Part shown: positions 60,501-64,000 of the stretch, piece by piece | Layout of the letters: every line of letters begins with the position of its first letter | How positions within the stretch are numbered: position 1 is the stretch's first letter | Assembly: GCA_964199315.1 (NCBI GenBank) | Contig: OZ116709.1 | Span: forward strand, 3,968,001-4,032,000 | Reading direction: 5' to 3' | DNA from: Orbicella franksi | Lineage: Eukaryota | DNA length: 64,000 bases | Program-made: the position numbers and the translations under genes | The notes under the pieces: model-generated | Databases searched by the model: none | Told to the model about the DNA's origin: nothing | What the model saw: the letters and a program-made list of their open reading frames with translations, nothing else

Positions 60501-63085
60501 TACCTAGTTGATAATTTTCTTTGATCTGCTTAGCAGTGTACATAATTATTAACATCTGAAAAATCGATTTACATGAATTTTTCTTTTAACTATGACATGT
60601 GACAGCATGCCTGTGACTTGTATTGTTTTTGTCTAAAAGGCTGACAACTTACTTGCAATACTTATTGGTGCAACAAGCTTGTGACCCAGCTTGTTGTAAA
60701 CTGTTGTTTGTGACAATCATGAGAAAATTGAAAAAAAAAAACCAAACAACAACTTACAACAACTTACAACAACAGCAACAACAAAAGCATTGCAACATTT
60801 AGTTTAGTCCTGAAAAGGAATTTGATGCAGGTGAAACCTCTAAGATTATCCCTGTATAGTAGTGTTTATGAGGCTAGACCTGAGCAAACTTTGTTCTCAT
60901 ATAATTTGTCAAACAGGACTTTGAGTGGCCCTTGGAAAGTCCACTGGACCCCAGCGAGTTCATCGAAATTGAAGTTTATAACTTCAACAAAATCTTCAAC
61001 AACAGGTGGGTTGATTATTTAAGGTCTTCTGGATCATGTGATGTTGAATGCATGTGTTAACACTAACAATTTTTATTGCATTTCCTGACATATGAATACC
61101 ACGCTTCTAAATTATCTATACTTCTGATGACACATACCGTTGAAAGTTACCATGTCATGATATTTTAATTTTCAGACTGGTTGGAGTATTCCGCATGGTA
61201 CTCCAAAAACTCATACAAGATGGCCACCTAGAGGTTAGGGAAAGTCTCATAGACATGAATAACACAGTGCTAAAGGTGAGACTGGAGTCTAGAAGAAAAA
61301 AGAAAATGGGAAAAATAAATTAAAACGAAAAAAAAGTGGAATAATATCAATTACAGGTTTTACATGTAGGAATACAATGTGCACAGAAAGTCAAAGGTTT
61401 GACTCCTGCCCCTGGAGGATCTCAGAATAGCTTGACTAGTTAATATCTTTCTTATATGAAACTTATAATAAGCAAATACCATGATATTTCTTTCCTAGCT
61501 TATATTATTACCTATTGACATATTCAATTCCAGCATTGCACAGGATGTGTGTCACATTTGAAACTATGTTGTACTTATATGGCCTAGATCCCATAAGTCT
61601 TCAGCCAGTAACTCAGTAGTAGAGTACTGCACCAATGTATGAATGGTCATACAGACATAGCTTTGTCTCTTCCTGGAAGAACTCGCAAATTTTTTCCTGA
61701 GTAGTTTGTGTCACTGACAAATTATAGACCACATTCATGAAATTCCATCTACATAACATTTACTTTATCTGACAAATAGCTCTTGCCACAAATATCATTT
61801 TTGCCAAAATTCAAGATTTAGTTGAGGTCAGATTCTTCCCCATCACAGGGTCAGCCCCCCTTTTTCCATGGCTTTCTGCCCTTACAAGAAAATAACAATT
61901 TGCATTATGCTAGGCAAATGCTTACCTTGCTTATAATTAATTTATACAAATTCCAATCTCAGGCAACTGTTGATCTGGAGTTACAGTACAATCCCCCAGA
62001 AGGAAATGTGTCCCAATGGGTGAACAATATAAATGACACCCTTGATGCACCACCCCAAGTGGGTTACATGCCGGACAATCAGTATCAAATGGATCCGTAC
62101 AGTCACCAGTACAGCGTTAACAGGGACACAGAAAGAAGGGGTTCATTCATGGGTAGCACATTCGGCAGTAAGGCATCTAAGAGCCAATCAATGACAAGCC
62201 TTACTTCCAGTAGTCATCGACAGCCACGCAAGGAGTCAATGCCTGCTTCCATCGGAGGGGGTGGACGGTTTATTTCCCCCGGAGATTCACCATTTGACGC
62301 AATGTTGAAGGGAAGCGAAGGGCTTGGAAGTCGCAGAGGATCACAGATCAGTATGCACAGTGACAGGAGCATGAGTATGAAGTGGTAAGTTCCTTATCCT
62401 AGTTACTGAGCACGAGGGCTGTACTAGGGAGTATTGGCCCAAGGTCATGGCAGTATGGACCCCTTAGCACAGTGAGGTCTATACAAAAATGACCAAGGGC
62501 CACTATTCCCCAATGCGGCTTAGGCAAGCTAGGTTAGTAAGAAGTTTATTACATGGCACAAAATAACAAATACATGGTTTATGACGGCTTCCATGGAAGC
62601 AGTCGGTATCGAAAAATCCTGACCAAGAAACAACCAATCAGAATGCTCAGATTTACCTCAAGGCTACCTTGTTGTACAACAAAAGGGCTTATTACTAAAC
62701 GGGGGAGGAGAGCCACCAGTGGGGTGGTTTTCCTTAGATTGTTACATGCTTTACATATTTTATGGGATGATGACACCCTAAGGAGTGTGAAGATCTGGTT
62801 GAAATGTCACTTTGAGAGGGAGTCAGGTAGGTATACTACATGTCCTCCAATCCCTGCCTGAGGTAATGATACACTGTACCAAAATTGTTTTGGAAAGAAA
62901 ACCATTTGCTGTTATGCTAAAAAAATTGATGTATACACTGTGCACTAGGCACTGAGTACATGGGCTGATTTTCTGGCTTTCTTACACTAAATAAAATGTC
63001 CTCTGTCTTTTTTCCTTATAGCAGCCACGCCCATCCTAGAGTGCGAGCTGAAAAGAAAATGTCTGTGAGAGAACAAGACTATCAG
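57547..63085 (+). CDS. OTOF: Otoferlin-type ferlin, 5' part (C2A domain and linker); continues beyond the window
   Basis: Exons 57547..57625 (MSLLLLLKTCSNLRGRSDRIARVTFRG), 60320..60375, 60917..61005 (DFEWPLESPLDPSEFIEIEVYNFNKIFNNR), 61176..61275 (LVGVFRMVLQKLIQDGHLEVRESLIDMNNTVLK), 61963..62384, and 63022 or 63025..63085 (ends DYQ). It matches vertebrate OTOF C2A (RGRGDRIAKVTFRG, FRMVLQK, LID.NN) and the DYQ preceding C2B. Orthology among OTOF/FER1L4/FER1L6 is not resolvable here. Confidence 0.92.
59531..60115. mobile_element. Two head-to-tail copies of a TATTGACC...CAATCACAG...ATAATAA element in ferlin intron 1
   Basis: Copy 1 spans 59531-59850 and ends CCATGTAATAAA. Copy 2 spans 59851-60115 and ends CCATATAATAA. 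Both start TTATTGACCA.G..TGAGGTCAA.AT..CTGGAT. Confidence 0.75.
62398..62685. mobile_element. Related non-autonomous element in ferlin intron 5
   Basis: 5' TAGTTACTGAGCACGAGGG, internal hairpin (GTATTGGCCCAAGGTCAT / ATGACCAAGGGCCACTAT), and CCAATCAGAA at ~62634. Confidence 0.55.
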
Positions 63086-64000
63086 GTTAGACTTACAATG
63101 AGGGGTTTTATTATTACTGTACTCTATACCTACTGTTGAAAAGAACTAATAGTATGTATATTTTGTGACTTAAAAAAATAATAAAAATAATAAAAACAGT
63201 CTTTAAAGAGGAAGCGCCTGTCACATCAATATGTGGTTTTCAGGGAGGTCCTCTATAAAATAGTGTACATTTAACTTTGCACACAACAAGGTCTTATGTA
63301 TTTAATGACATCTTTTTACAGTTTTCAGTGGCTCCTTGTGAATTGGCAAGTTTTCAATTTCTAGACAGCAGCCTGTTTTCATGCCAGCATTCTCTCCCCT
63401 GACTTGAACATTCAAAGGTTAAATTCACTCTTAGTTTTGTGCCAGATTTGTTGGTGATTTCTCATGTTCCATTATGCAATAGATACAAATTCGTATCCTG
63501 GAGGGACGTCAACTTGCAGGTACCCAGATTGATCCTGTGTGCACTGTAAATGTTGGGAATCAAAAGAAGAGTACAACAATAAAGGAACAGACCAATTGTC
63601 CCTTCTGGGATGAGGTAAGACTTGTTCTCCGAGCATTTGGTATAACAATGCATGTTTATATTCATTTCATTTCCGTAATTTAAGGTCATTCCTCACGTTT
63701 GCATCGAGCATCCTTACTGCGCATAATTTATGGCGTCATTGGCATGCGCTTGTGTACGCGCATATTGAAAATATGATGGATTTGTCTTGATATTGAGCTC
63801 TGTCAGTTGAAAAATGGCTCTAGCTCACCAACGAGCACGAGCACCCCAATTTTTTTTCCAGTCATTGCAATCAACTAATCATAAGCTTTGCGTGAGAAAA
63901 GACTGATCTAATTTCTATTGCTGAAAATTGAATAAATAAGAAAAATAGTAGATACGCTGTGGTCTTTTCTATTTTGTAGTCGGTAACAATGTCAAGAAAT

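Noticed and set aside
61380-61730. tRNA-like A/B-box sequences in ferlin intron 4
   Set aside because: They are fragmented SINE heads and no cloverleaf could be formed. No intact tRNA gene was seen in the window.
61822-61962. 5' extension of the 188-aa ORF
   Set aside because: It is intronic. The ferlin exon begins at the CAG acceptor, position 61963.

Overview
This is AT-rich eukaryotic genomic DNA with GT-AG spliceosomal introns. Gene content and repeat types suggest an anthozoan, probably a stony coral (inference). Five spliced protein-coding genes could be assembled by hand with consistent intron phases: TDH (minus, first 3 coding exons, runs off the left edge), PPT1 (plus, 11 exons, 300 aa, includes a 15-nt microexon), an aldo-keto reductase with an unusual hydrophobic N-terminal leader (minus, 3 exons, 341 aa), IFT52 (minus, 15 exons, 452 aa) and an otoferlin-type ferlin (plus, first 6 exons, runs off the right edge). 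An intronless 184-aa orphan ORF sits between IFT52 and the ferlin. The 4-27 kb region is accessory. It holds two decayed copies, about 10 kb apart, of an unrecognised multi-exon gene, a Penelope RT relic fused to a Polinton-type DNA polymerase fragment, a 5'-truncated RTE LINE with a 6-bp TSD, a tRNA-SINE fragment cluster, minisatellites and many MITEs. The most notable items are a TIR-bounded Tc1/mariner-like element carrying a HIRAN-domain ORF inside PPT1 intron 9, the possibly secretory-pathway AKR, the orphan ORF, and the decayed duplicated gene. No rRNA, intact tRNA or CRISPR array was found. All coordinates and alignments were done by eye and no database searches were run.
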